Positions 40,630-51,561 are shown, counted from the stretch's first letter. The stretch is 64,000 nucleotides of DNA from an uncultured delta proteobacterium (GCA_963798485.1 CAWCTR010000008.1:1-64000), one strand, 5' to 3'. Notes: a model not told the origin generated them from the sequence alone. Translations and numbers: made by a program.

Positions 40630-41619
40630 TTACTGACGCAAGGCGTCCTTTACAATGCGTGCTATCATGTCATGGTAGAGGACGCCCGACTTTTCGGAAG
40701 CCGCCATGAAGCCGCCGTTGGGTGAGATGCACGGGTTGGCATTTATCTCAAGGACCCAGGGCTTGTTATCGGCGTCCACCCTGACATCTACCCGGGCATA
40801 ACCCTTAAGATCAAAGCCTTCCCAACACTTCTGCGCAAGACACCTGAGCTCTGAGAGCAGTGGTGCATCTTCGGGCGGAAAGTCAAGCACACGCGTCGTG
40901 CCTTCATATTCAGGTGAGCCCTCTATCCACTTGGCCTTATAGTCCACTATCTTGGGCATGTGCTCCGCGTAGTCAAAGGTTATCTCGGCAGGCAGCAGGA
41001 CTTGTGGGCCGTCAATGCCTGCAAGCAGTGCAAGGTTGAACTCCCGGCCGTCTATATAACGCTCTGCAAAGCACGGCTTCCCGAGTTTCAGGGTCTTCTG
41101 ATGGAGAAGGTCCATGAGCTCGTCCAGGTCACGCACATCCACTACTGATTCACTATCGAGTCCGATGGATGCCTCCTCCCACTGGGCCTTTATAATATAC
41201 CGGCAAGGGAAGGGGGGCTCACATTCGATCTGTTTACCCGGCACGACCCACTCCGGGGTAGGTATTTCGATAAGCCGCATCCATCTTTTGGTCAATACCT
41301 TGTTTGATGTGATGAACATGGCCTCAGCCCCGGCGCCGGTATAGGGAATCTTGAGATGGTCAAGGTAGGAGCAGGCCAGGTGAATGAGCTGTCCATCGCC
41401 GTTGATGCACTCCACCAAGTTAAAGACACAAAGGGGTTTTAGATTTTTCAGTCCGGATGAGAAGCCTCTTTTTCCGAGCTCAAAAGGCATGATTTGAGTA
41501 TCATAGCCCATCTTCTTCAGTTCAATGTCCACGGCCTCTACCTGGTCCAGTACATCCCAGTCATCAGGCCCTGCTTTTTTCGGGACCGGCTGATGGAGGA
41601 TAAGAATAGTCTCGCTCAT
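40630..41619 (-). CDS. Ddl-like ATP-grasp ligase (second copy)
   Basis: FNLVE, ERYIDGREF, ARVDVR, LEINANP. Confidence 0.9.
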   Translation of the reverse strand: MSETILILHQPVPKKAGPDDWDVLDQVEAVDIELKKMGYDTQIMPFELGKRGFSSGLKNLKPLCVFNLVECINGDGQLIHLACSYLDHLKIPYTGAGAEAMFITSNKVLTKRWMRLIEIPTPEWVVPGKQIECEPPFPCRYIIKAQWEEASIGLDSESVVDVRDLDELMDLLHQKTLKLGKPCFAERYIDGREFNLALLAGIDGPQVLLPAEITFDYAEHMPKIVDYKAKWIEGSPEYEGTTRVLDFPPEDAPLLSELRCLAQKCWEGFDLKGYARVDVRVDADNKPWVLEINANPCISPNGGFMAASEKSGVLYHDMIARIVKDALRQ

Positions 41620-41629
41620 AAATGCTCTT

Positions 41630-42607
41630 TTAAGAGATTCTCTTCATTGTGCTTGCCAGGATACGCTCGATGAGATCGTGGTATGAGATGTTAAGAAGCC
41701 TGCATATAATGGGCAGGTCCGAGTGGACAGGGTTGAGGCCCGCCAGGGGATTTACCTCGATGAAGTTCAGCTTACCTAGTCCGTCCATTCTGATATCAAC
41801 CCTTCCGCCATCCCTGCACCCAAGGGCTTTCCATGATTTAAGTGCAATATCGCTACATGCCCGGACAGTTTCCTGCTCGGGGATATGATAGTCGATGACC
41901 GACTCGTAATTCGACTTGTTGCTGAAAGAGTAAATCTTCTCACCCTCATGGTGTTTCCTGAACAGGACCTCCATAACGCCTACGACTTGCGCCCCCTGAC
42001 CAGTTCCTACGATTCCTGCGGTGAATTCACGGCCGGGCAGGTAAGTCTCCACAAGCACCGGCTGGTTGAACTCTTCCAACAGATGCGTACATAGTACAGA
42101 GAGTTGTTCTATTGTGTCAACCTTTGATGAATCATTAATGCCTTTTCCCGTACCTTCTGCTACGGGTTTGGCAAACAGTGGAAAGGGCAGGTGTATGGAA
42201 TCCACTTCATTAGGTGTTTCGATGACCACGAAATCTGCAGTGCGAATCCCGGCGGCACGGATGACGGCCTTGGTCATGCCCTTATGCAGGGTGAGCGTGA
42301 GCACGAATGGATCGGAGAATGTGTAGGGGATACGGTATGCGTCCAGAAGTGCCGGCACCAGTGCCTCTCGCCCTGCGCCATACATGCCCTCGGCAATGTT
42401 GAACACCAGGTCCCACCTATTGCCTGTGGAGAGTCTTTTGACGAGCTGTTTGACATTGCCGATGCGGTCCGTGGTGTGCCCGAGGGCCTGAAGGGCGTTA
42501 TCGATCCCGTCAATCGTGTCGATGCGGTCGAACTCGGCGGTCTCCTCGTAACCGTATCCCTCGTTCAGGTAGTCGTCTCTCAGGTCATACGTGATGCCGA
42601 TGTTCAT
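41630..42607 (-). CDS. Ddl-like ATP-grasp ligase (first copy)
   Basis: FNIAEG, KPVAEGTGKGI, GREF, GRVDIR, IEVNPLAGL. Confidence 0.9.
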   Translation of the reverse strand: MNIGITYDLRDDYLNEGYGYEETAEFDRIDTIDGIDNALQALGHTTDRIGNVKQLVKRLSTGNRWDLVFNIAEGMYGAGREALVPALLDAYRIPYTFSDPFVLTLTLHKGMTKAVIRAAGIRTADFVVIETPNEVDSIHLPFPLFAKPVAEGTGKGINDSSKVDTIEQLSVLCTHLLEEFNQPVLVETYLPGREFTAGIVGTGQGAQVVGVMEVLFRKHHEGEKIYSFSNKSNYESVIDYHIPEQETVRACSDIALKSWKALGCRDGGRVDIRMDGLGKLNFIEVNPLAGLNPVHSDLPIICRLLNISYHDLIERILASTMKRIS

Positions 42608-42609
42608 AT

Positions 42610-43917
42610 CTAAGGCGCCGCAGGGCACTCGGTATGTTTGTCCGGATATCTGAACGTCCTGCCCTCATAGTTCCTCAAGATAACCTCATCTTTCTGACGG
42701 CCCTGATAGTAATCGGGCAAGAGCGGGATCTTGCCGCCGCCGCCGGGTGCATCAATCACATAATGCGGCACGGCATAGCCCGAGGTATGCCCCCTCAGGC
42801 CCTCGATCATCTCGAGACCTTTCTCCACAGTGGTCCTGAAATGCGAGGAGCCGAGGATAGGGTCACACTGGTAGAGGTAGTACGGTCGTACACGGATTTT
42901 CATAAGGCCATGGAAGAGCGCCTTTAAGGTCGGGATATCGTCATTGATGCCCTTGAGCAAAACGGTCTGGCTGCCGAGCGGTATGCCGGCGTCTGCCAGG
43001 AGATTGCACGCAGCGTTTGTCTCGGGGGTCAGCTCATCTTGATGGGTAAAGTGGATGCTTATCCACAGCGGCTGGTACTTTTTCAGGATCTTCAGCAGCC
43101 GGGCCGTCAATCTCTGCGGCAACACCACGGGAACCTTGGTGCCGATCCGGATGACCTCCACGTGCGGTATGCGGGCTATGCTGGAAAGGAGATAGTCCAA
43201 GTGGCTGTCTGTCAGGGTCAGCGGATCACCACCCGAGAGGAGGACGTCGCGGATCTGCGGTGTCTTTTCGATATAGGCAATGGCTTCCTGCCACTGGGCG
43301 ATGCTGCCCTTGAACTTGCCATGGTTGCCCACCATGCGTGAACGGGTGCAATACCTGCAGTATGTGGAGCAGAAGCCTGTGGTCAGGAACAGTGCCCGGT
43401 CGGGGTAGCGATGGACCAGCCCCTGCACTGGGCTCTGGTTTTCCTCGCCCAGCGGGTCTAACGCCTCACCGGGCGATGAGAGAAATTCATCATTGACAGG
43501 GACCACGGCGCGCCTGATGGACTGTGACGGATCCCAGGCGTTTATCAGGCTGGCATAATAGGGAGTGATTCGGAGAGGCAGGCCCGATGTGTGCCTCAAG
43601 ATAGCGGTGTATTCACCGTGCGTGAGGTTAACGATTCTCTTTATCTGTTCAAGGCCGGTAATACTGTTGCGGATCTGCCAGTGCCAGTTGGACCAGTCGG
43701 CCTCAGAGACCTTGGGGTAGAACCGGTGAAGGAAATAGCGCGAATGCTGGCTGACAGGGATGCGGCCTACAATGGATAATTTCTGCGCAGGCTCGGTTTT
43801 GAACAACAGTTCTTGGACGAGAAAGCGTGATATCGATGGGGGCTCCTCGGGGGGTTCCGTACCTAAGGGGTCGGGATCATCACGGGGAACAGAAACTGCA
43901 GGGCCGTTGTTCTTCAT
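42610..43917 (-). CDS. KamA-family radical SAM amino-acid 2,3-aminomutase
   Basis: HRYPDR, CSTYCRYC, SGGDPL, PLP lysine in GGGGKIP; GGAGG RBS. Confidence 0.93.
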   Translation of the reverse strand: MKNNGPAVSVPRDDPDPLGTEPPEEPPSISRFLVQELLFKTEPAQKLSIVGRIPVSQHSRYFLHRFYPKVSEADWSNWHWQIRNSITGLEQIKRIVNLTHGEYTAILRHTSGLPLRITPYYASLINAWDPSQSIRRAVVPVNDEFLSSPGEALDPLGEENQSPVQGLVHRYPDRALFLTTGFCSTYCRYCTRSRMVGNHGKFKGSIAQWQEAIAYIEKTPQIRDVLLSGGDPLTLTDSHLDYLLSSIARIPHVEVIRIGTKVPVVLPQRLTARLLKILKKYQPLWISIHFTHQDELTPETNAACNLLADAGIPLGSQTVLLKGINDDIPTLKALFHGLMKIRVRPYYLYQCDPILGSSHFRTTVEKGLEMIEGLRGHTSGYAVPHYVIDAPGGGGKIPLLPDYYQGRQKDEVILRNYEGRTFRYPDKHTECPAAP

Positions 43918-44329
43918 TTTATAACTCCTCCTTTGGTGAAATATCGGCATGATATTTTTCGATGATGAATAATAATTGCTGAAAAAATAGGATTACACCG
44001 GGGGGGGAGGTTTGTATGCCCGAGAGCGACCATCATCTTAATGGTTGTCAATGCGGTGCGGCATCTATCCACCGTGCCGCCGGGATCTGAAATGAATGCC
44101 CATTCACTCTCATCGCTCCTAAAAACCGCCTGTCCTTCAAATGGTCTGTTTCCAGCCCTCTATGAGGTGGTGCCTCTTTTTTTTCTTTTAGACGTTCTTA
44201 TAAAAATTGCAAGCGATAAATGCAAAGTTTTGAAAATAAATTTCATCATGATCAATCACCTTTCGAGGATGGAGAATAGTATGGTATTGATGAATCGTTT
44301 CATAAAGACCACGTTAGCGAGGATATACC

Positions 44330-45547
44330 ATGCAAGGTGACAATCTCGACAAACTCGCCATCGCCAGAACCGCCAAGGATAAACGTGCACTGAGAAGGAC
44401 CAGACCGCTATACCTCGCCCTTTACGGTGCGATGGCGGTAGCAATTGTCATTCTCCTCGCATGGCTGTTTCTGTCAAAAGGACAGGAGGTCAGGGTTGCA
44501 AGCGTATCCCGTGTTTATCCGGCACAGCTGCTGGCAAAACTCAGGGCGAGCGGTTATGTGGTGGCGCAGCGCAAGGCCGATGTCGCTGCAAAGGTAACGG
44601 GCCAGCTCACTGCAATCATGGTTGAAGAAGGCAGCCTGGTGAAGAAAGGACAGTTGATTGCGCGCCTCGAGAGTGCGGATGTTTCATCCCAGGTGGACCA
44701 GGGCAGGGCAAACCTCAGCGCAGCAAAGGCCAGGGTCGAACAGATCAGCGCGGAGATGGGGGATATCGCCCTCGACTATGAACGCAAGAAAAAGCTTGTG
44801 AGCTCGGGTGCGGTTTCCAGGGCCGAATACGATACAGCCGAGTCCCGCTACCTCAGCGCCAAGGCCTCACTGGATGCGGCCCGCTCCGATGTGCAATCGA
44901 GCGCGGCAGCGCTCAGGACCGCCGAGGTGACCCTGTCGTACTACGAAATCCGCTCTCCCTTTGACGCCGTGGTATTGACCAAGAACGCGGATGTGGGAGA
45001 CATCATCACCCCTTTAGGTGCAGCGGCCAACGCCAAGGCCGCCGTCGTTTCAATTGCCGACCTCAACTCACTACAGGTCGAGGTGGACGTATCAGAGTCC
45101 AACATAGGTATGGTGCGGGTGGGCCTCCCCTGTGACATCCTGCTGGATGCCCTTCCTGACGATCGGTTCGGCGGCGTGGTGGATACCATCGTGCCCACCG
45201 TGGACAAATCCAAGGCCACTGTTCTGGTCAAGGTCCGATTCTCAAGCCGTGACCCGCGCATTCTCCCGGAGATGAGTGCCAAGGTGGGGTTCCTCTCGAA
45301 GGCGTTGAAGCCCGGCGAGCAGGGGCCCCGGACCATGGTGAGCGTATCCGCCCTCAAGGGAGGCGGCACCAGGAGATACGTATTTGTTGTTCAGGGCCAG
45401 CGCGTCCATAAGAGAGAGGTGGAAACCGGCGTGGTGATAGGGGACATGGTGGAGGTGAAAGACGGGCTCAAGCCGGCGGAAACCGTGGTTATCGATCCCC
45501 CCAAGGGTCTGAGGGACAATTCAAAGATAGGAATCATCCAGCAATGA
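44330..45547 (+). CDS. ABC-exporter periplasmic adaptor (MFP)
   Basis: TM anchor, ASGYVVA, coiled coil, PEMSAKV. Confidence 0.9.
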   Translation: MQGDNLDKLAIARTAKDKRALRRTRPLYLALYGAMAVAIVILLAWLFLSKGQEVRVASVSRVYPAQLLAKLRASGYVVAQRKADVAAKVTGQLTAIMVEEGSLVKKGQLIARLESADVSSQVDQGRANLSAAKARVEQISAEMGDIALDYERKKKLVSSGAVSRAEYDTAESRYLSAKASLDAARSDVQSSAAALRTAEVTLSYYEIRSPFDAVVLTKNADVGDIITPLGAAANAKAAVVSIADLNSLQVEVDVSESNIGMVRVGLPCDILLDALPDDRFGGVVDTIVPTVDKSKATVLVKVRFSSRDPRILPEMSAKVGFLSKALKPGEQGPRTMVSVSALKGGGTRRYVFVVQGQRVHKREVETGVVIGDMVEVKDGLKPAETVVIDPPKGLRDNSKIGIIQQ

Positions 45548-46233
45548 ACATGAATACGAATGAACCCATTGTAGAGATCCGTAACGTCTATAAATCGTAC
45601 CACCGAGGGAGCCTTCCGGTCCCGGTGCTCGAAGACATAACCTTTAGTATCGCACAAGGCGAATTCCTTGCCATCATGGGTCCGTCAGGATCGGGCAAGA
45701 GCACCCTGCTGAACCTCATTGCAGGTATCGACCGGGTGGACAGCGGATCAATCATGGTGGAGGGCGTTGAGATTACATCCTTCTCCGAGACCGAGCTTGC
45801 AAAGTGGCGTGCCGGCAATGTCGGATTCATCTTCCAGTTCTACAACCTCATCCCGGTGCTCACTGCATTCGAGAATGTGGACCTGCCGCTTCACCTTACG
45901 ACCCTGTCCAGGGCTCAAAGGCGCGAGCATGTGGAGATGGCGCTGTCGATGGTGAGCCTGACGGAGCGCATGGACCACTATCCGGGTCAGCTCTCCGGCG
46001 GTGAACAGCAGCGCGTGGCCATTGCACGGGCCATTGTCATCGACCCTGCCATCCTGGTGGCCGACGAACCCACCGGCGACCTGGACAGGAAATCTGCAGA
46101 GGACGTGCTCAACCTGATGGAGAGGCTGAACACCGAGATGGGCAAGACCATTATCGTGGTGACCCACGACCCGCATGCAGCAGGGCGGGCGCAAGTGATG
46201 AGGCACCTGGAAAAGGGCGTGTTCAATTCATGA
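45544..46233 (+). CDS. MacB/LolD-type ABC ATPase
   Basis: GPSGSGKS, LSGGEQQR, ADEPTG. Confidence 0.95.
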   Translation: MNMNTNEPIVEIRNVYKSYHRGSLPVPVLEDITFSIAQGEFLAIMGPSGSGKSTLLNLIAGIDRVDSGSIMVEGVEITSFSETELAKWRAGNVGFIFQFYNLIPVLTAFENVDLPLHLTTLSRAQRREHVEMALSMVSLTERMDHYPGQLSGGEQQRVAIARAIVIDPAILVADEPTGDLDRKSAEDVLNLMERLNTEMGKTIIVVTHDPHAAGRAQVMRHLEKGVFNS

Positions 46234-47387
46234 TTCTCCCCAAGATGATCATGAAAAACGCCTTCAGGCGCAAGGTCAGGACGGGGCTCACTATTGTTGC
46301 CATAAGCATCGCCATCCTTGCATTCGGGCTGCTGCGCACCGTGCTCTCCACCATGGATGCAGGGATAAACGCAACCTCGGCCACCAGGCTCGTGACCAGG
46401 AATTCCGTCTCGCTCGTCTTCCCGCTTCCCCTTGCATACTATGACAAAATCCGACACGTGAGCGGCGTGAAGGCGGTATCGTACGGCAACTGGTTCGGCG
46501 GGATCTATATCGATGAGAAAAATTTCTTTGCCAATTTCGCGGTAGAGCCCACAAGCTACCTGGATCTCTACCCCGAGTTCATGGTGCCCGAGGCCCAGAA
46601 GGCGGATTTTTTACGGGACAGGCAGGGTTTTGTTGCTGGAAAGAAACTGGTGGAGCGGTTCGGGTGGCGCCTGGGAGACATCGTGACGCTCAAGGGTACC
46701 ATCTACCCCGGCGACTGGCCGTTTGTGCTCAGGGGGATCTATAAGGGGCGTACCCGGACTGCAGACGAGACACAGTTCTTTTTCCACTGGGACTACCTGA
46801 ATGAGAGAATGAAGAAGATATACCCGGCCATGGCCGATCAGGTGGGGTTTTACCTGGTCGGCGTAACCGATCCCCATCTCTCGGCGGATGTTGCCACCCA
46901 GATCGATGCCATGTTCAAGAATTCGAGTGCCGAGACGCTCACAGAGACTGAAAGGGCCTTTGTCCTGGGGTTCGTCTCCATGAGCGAGGCCATTGTAAAC
47001 GTCATCAAGGTTCTCTCGATCCTGGTGATCGTCATCATCATGGCAGTGGTGGCCAACACCATGGCCATGACCACCAGGGAGCGGATCGGGGAGTATGCCG
47101 TGCTCAAGACATTGGGGTATTCAGGCCTCCAGATAGGGGCCTTGATAATGGGGGAGGCCCTGGTGATCACGCTGGCCGGCTGCGTGCTGGGAATTGCCTG
47201 GACGTATCCGGTGGCCGACTACTTCACCACGGCCCTGGCGGCCTATTTCCCCGTATTCTTCGTGGAACCCTCCACGGTCATGCTCGACTTCGGCGCAACG
47301 TTTATTGTGGGGGTGATCGCGGCAATAATCCCCATCCGGCAGGCCGCCTACATCCGCATCGCCGAAGGTCTGAGGAGGATCGGCTAG
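46230..47387 (+). CDS. FtsX/MacB-type permease
   Basis: 4-TM topology, RERIGEYAVLKTLG. Confidence 0.9.
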   Translation: MILPKMIMKNAFRRKVRTGLTIVAISIAILAFGLLRTVLSTMDAGINATSATRLVTRNSVSLVFPLPLAYYDKIRHVSGVKAVSYGNWFGGIYIDEKNFFANFAVEPTSYLDLYPEFMVPEAQKADFLRDRQGFVAGKKLVERFGWRLGDIVTLKGTIYPGDWPFVLRGIYKGRTRTADETQFFFHWDYLNERMKKIYPAMADQVGFYLVGVTDPHLSADVATQIDAMFKNSSAETLTETERAFVLGFVSMSEAIVNVIKVLSILVIVIIMAVVANTMAMTTRERIGEYAVLKTLGYSGLQIGALIMGEALVITLAGCVLGIAWTYPVADYFTTALAAYFPVFFVEPSTVMLDFGATFIVGVIAAIIPIRQAAYIRIAEGLRRIG

Positions 47388-48551
47388 ATGGCGGTGCCGT
47401 TCTCGTACAGCTTCCGCAACCTCCTGACCAGGAAGGTCACCACCTTCCTGACCGCCTCGGGCATGGCGCTGGTGGTCTTTGTCTTTGCAGCCGTCCTCAT
47501 GCTGGCCGAAGGCCTGCAGAAGACACTGGTGGCGACCGGCTCTTACGACAACGTAGTGGTGCTGCGCAAGGGCTCCACCAGCGAGGTGGACAGCGGCATT
47601 GAACGGGAAAAGGCATCCATTGTGGAGACGCTGCCGCAAATCGCCACGGACGAAAAGGGCGGTGCGCTTGCGGCAAGGGAGGTGGTCATCCTGATCACGC
47701 TGAAGAAAAAGCAGGGCGGGACATCGAATGTCACCATCCGGGGGATCGGTGAAGACTCGCTTCGGCTCAGGCCTCAGATCAGACTCGTCCAGGGACGCAT
47801 GCCCCGCTTCGGAGTCACGGAGATGGTTGCGGGCTCAAGCCTTGTCAGGAGGTTCCGCGGGCTTGAGGTGGGGGAGAGCCTGGGAGGCGGCCTGAAGGAA
47901 TGGAGGATCGTGGGCATCATGGATGCAGGCAACACCGCGTTCAACTCCGAGATATGGGCTGATGCGGACCAGGTCATGCAGTCATTCAGGAGGCCGGTCT
48001 ACTCATCGATTATCTTCAGGCTGGCCGATACTGCCGGCTTCGATGCGGCAAGGAGGCTTATTGAGAACGACCCTCGACTCAGCCTCTCAGCAAAGCGCGA
48101 GACCAGGTTCTACCTCGACCAATCCGAGATGATGGCAAGGCTCCTGAGGATACTCGGCGTCTCCCTCACCATGATCTTCTCGCTTGGTGCGATTATCGGC
48201 GCCATGATCACCATGTATGCCGCAGTTGCCAACCGTACCGCCGAGATCGGGACGCTGCGCGCCCTGGGTTTTCAGCGGCGTGCAATCCTCCTGAGCTTTC
48301 TCATGGAGTCGCTTTTCCTCGGTATGACCGGCGGATGCATGGGGCTCTTTCTCGCATCGTTCATGCAGCTTATCACCATATCCACGGTAAATTTCCAGAC
48401 CCTGTCCGAACTCGCATTCCGGTTCGCCATTACGCCTTCTATTATCATCGAGTCACTGGCATTCTCGCTCATCATGGGTCTTTTAGGCGGCGTCCTGCCT
48501 GCATACAGGGCATCGCGCATGAATATCGTGGAGTCGCTGCGGACGAGCTGA
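47388..48551 (+). CDS. FtsX/MacB-type permease
   Basis: RTAEIGTLRALGF, PAYRASR. Confidence 0.9.
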   Translation: MAVPFSYSFRNLLTRKVTTFLTASGMALVVFVFAAVLMLAEGLQKTLVATGSYDNVVVLRKGSTSEVDSGIEREKASIVETLPQIATDEKGGALAAREVVILITLKKKQGGTSNVTIRGIGEDSLRLRPQIRLVQGRMPRFGVTEMVAGSSLVRRFRGLEVGESLGGGLKEWRIVGIMDAGNTAFNSEIWADADQVMQSFRRPVYSSIIFRLADTAGFDAARRLIENDPRLSLSAKRETRFYLDQSEMMARLLRILGVSLTMIFSLGAIIGAMITMYAAVANRTAEIGTLRALGFQRRAILLSFLMESLFLGMTGGCMGLFLASFMQLITISTVNFQTLSELAFRFAITPSIIIESLAFSLIMGLLGGVLPAYRASRMNIVESLRTS

Positions 48552-49490
48552 TCACGGGGTAAAGAACCGGGAAAAGAGCATGAGCATGGCAGGCAGGCTT
48601 AACAGCGAGAACAGGAAGCTTGCCACCATGAACTGGTTCACTATATTCCTGTTGCCGCCCTCGCGCTCGGTGATCACGGGTATGGCGGTCACCGGCGGCA
48701 CCGAGGCCTGCATCATGATGAGGAACGCAATAGGGTATGGTGGTCTTACGATCATGAGCACCCCGAGGGTCACCAGGGGGAACATGAGATTCTTCATGAT
48801 CACGAACTTCAGGTTTTCCCGGTATGCGGGTCTTTCGCTTCCCTTCATGTCGATATAGACATTGCCCCCGAGTACCAGCATGAGGAGCGGCACGGACATG
48901 GAGCCCACCATCCTGACGCCATCGATCAGGAACCTCGGTATGAGGGCATCAAGTCCTGCATAGCGGACCACTACGGCCAGGATAGTGGCCACGAGCACCG
49001 GGTTGAAAACCTTGGCGGGATCCACCTTGAGACCCTTGCTGAAGAACAGGGGAGATGCATTAAAGAAGAACACCGGGTAGAACAGCGTGAAGAGGAAGAG
49101 TTCCACCAGCAGCACAGAGTTTGTTCCGTACATCTCGGCTATAATAGCCAGCGGGAAGAAGATCCCGTTCTGGAAGAGCAGGCTTACCCGGAACTCCCGG
49201 CGGTATTCGGCCCTGGCGAACGTGGAACAGATGAAGGTAAGCACTATGAACAGCGCTGTGGATGCAAACCACCACAAGGGCAGGGTCCACCAGGTGGTAT
49301 TCTTTTCGGGATGGAAGTTTGTGAGGATGCCTGCAAAGGTAAGGCAGGGGAGCGAGATGTCGATGGCGAGAGCGGACAGCGATCCAAGAACCGGACCGGC
49401 GATCACCTTTCTGCTCAGCATCCAGTACCCCAGGATGCCGATGGTAAGCAGCATGGCAACAGCGGTGAAGGTACTCAGGAAGATCTGCAT
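48552..49490 (-). CDS. AEC (auxin efflux carrier) family transporter
   Basis: About 10 TM helices; SLPCL, QNGIFFP, NPV..A, PLLMLVLG. Confidence 0.85.
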   Translation of the reverse strand: MQIFLSTFTAVAMLLTIGILGYWMLSRKVIAGPVLGSLSALAIDISLPCLTFAGILTNFHPEKNTTWWTLPLWWFASTALFIVLTFICSTFARAEYRREFRVSLLFQNGIFFPLAIIAEMYGTNSVLLVELFLFTLFYPVFFFNASPLFFSKGLKVDPAKVFNPVLVATILAVVVRYAGLDALIPRFLIDGVRMVGSMSVPLLMLVLGGNVYIDMKGSERPAYRENLKFVIMKNLMFPLVTLGVLMIVRPPYPIAFLIMMQASVPPVTAIPVITEREGGNRNIVNQFMVASFLFSLLSLPAMLMLFSRFFTP

Positions 49491-49499
49491 GGATACACC

Positions 49500-51561
49500 C
49501 TAACCATTATTTATAAGAGATTCGAGCATTTTTTCTATCTCAGTGGTCGGCTCCAGGCAGGTCGAACCAGTGCAGACATAGGCCGTTGCCCTGCCTTTAA
49601 GGGGGCGCTTACCCTGTATTAAAAGCGGCCGGTTCTTGTCCACTGTATCCGTGGCTAGCGCTATTATTGCATGGGGTAGGAAACGTCTCTGCAGCTCATC
49701 GATCATTCGCCGGGTGTCATCCTTGGACAGTTCTCCTGCGACGACAATCTCCTGGGCCGGACCTTCCATAAACCCCAGTCCGCAGAGCATGAAGGTGAAG
49801 CCGGTCGGGATATGGCTCGCCTGGCCGGAAAAGGTCTTTCCTATCATGGTGGCCCGATCTTTATAAGAGCGATCCCCGGTGAGCCCTCCAAGCCTTAAGA
49901 GGTCAAGCATGGCCACCGAATTGCCCGAAGGTATCGCATTGTCATATCCGGTCTTTGTCCGTGCAATGGGCACGGGGGTATCGTCTGCTGCAGCAAAGAA
50001 CCCGCCCTCAGTAATATCCCAGAAATGGTCGATCATGACTCCGGCGAGGTTCATGGCCGACGCCAGGTACTTCTCCTTAAAGACGGCCTCATAAAGCTCT
50101 ATAAGCCCCCAGATAAGGAAGGCATAGTCGTCGAGTCCTGCCTTACGATCGGCCTTTCCGTTCACAAAGACATGACTAAGCCTTCCTTCCGCCAGCATCT
50201 TCTCCAGGATGAAGTCAGCGGCCTTTTGAGCCGCATCGAGATACTCGGGGCTTGAAAAGGTTGCACCGGCCTTTGCAAGGGCCGCTATCATGAGCCCGTT
50301 CCAGTCGGTGAGCGCCTTGGTGTCTTTCATCGGTGGGATTCTATGTGAGCGGGCCTTTCTGAGCGTGCTCAGGATAGATTGAAGACGCACTGCAATGAAC
50401 TCGCTGTCCGTACCGTGCATCGTTGCAAGGGATGCAAGGTCCTGCCCCTGGCGGATGATGTTGGGCCCTTCCGGTGGATCGGAAGGAAAGTTCCCGGTTT
50501 CTTGCAGCCCGAAGGCTTGCGCTGCAAGGGCATAATCGGCATCGTCGAGGATGGCCTTCACCTCCGAGGTTCTCCAGAGGTAGTATTTCCCCTCCCCGCC
50601 TTCGCTGTCTGCGTCTTGTGCCCCGGCAAACAGGCCCTCGGGGGTGCGCAGGTCGCGGAGCACATAGGTGATGATCTCGCCGGCAATCCTGCGGAAGTCT
50701 ACGCGAAGAGTCACCTGAAAGGCCTCGGTATAGGCTATGGCGAGAAGGGCCTGGTCATAGAGCATCTTCTCGAAGTGGGGGACAAGCCACTTATCATCGG
50801 TCGCATACCGGTGGAACCCGAATCCGACATGGTCGTACATGCCGCCTGCATGCATGGCATGAAGGGTCTTCAGGGCCATGTCCAAAGCCTCCTCATTCTT
50901 AGTGCGGTAGTGATACCGCAGGAGGAACATGATGGTCTGGGGCATGGGGAATTTCGGTGCAGCGCCGAAACCGCCCTGTTCCCTGTCAAAACGTGACTTG
51001 AGCTCTTCATAGGCCTGGTCGAGGAGCTTCGGGTTCATGTCCGGCCCGGTCCGTACAATGCCTGAACGCCTGACCATCTGAGTAATCTCGGCAGCCTCGC
51101 TGATGACCCGGTCTCTCTTGTCTCGCCAGAGGGTTCCGAGACGCCCTTACGAGGTCCATCATCCCCATGAGGCCGGGTCTGGAGTGTTTGGGCAGGTAGG
51201 TGGCGGCGAAGAAAGGCTCTTTCTCTGGCGTCATGACGATTGTCAGCGGCCAGCCGCCGCTACCGGTAAGGACCTGGCATGTCTGCATGTAGATGTGGTC
51301 AATGTGCGGCAGCTCCTCCCTGTCAACCTTCACATTCACAAAGGTGTCGTTCATAAGGGATGCCACCTCGTTGTCCTCGAAGCACTCGTGGGCCATGACA
51401 TGGCACCAGTGGCAGGAGGAGTAACCGATGGAGAGGAATACGGGCTTGCATTCAGCCTTAGCCTTCTCGAAGGCCTCCTCGCCCCAAGGGAACCAGTCCA
51501 CCGGGTTATGGGCATGCTGGAGTAGGTAGGGACTTGACTCATTTAAGAGTCGGTTGTGCAT
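49500..51561 (-). CDS. YyaL/SSP411 thioredoxin-domain protein, one frameshift near 51145
   Basis: [22 protein letters not shown], then [19 protein letters not shown]; removing one G from a GGG run restores the frame. Confidence 0.88.

Noticed and set aside
40630-42607. Vancomycin-resistance ligases or housekeeping ddl
   Set aside because: No vanH/vanX/vanRS or mur genes nearby; N-termini differ from canonical Ddl
42610-43917. EpmB or lysine-fermentation KamA
   Set aside because: No efp/epmA or kamDE/kdd neighbours; substrate left open
51100-51160. Programmed frameshift or a true two-gene split in yyaL
   Set aside because: One extra G in a short run explains it; most likely a sequencing error or recent mutation
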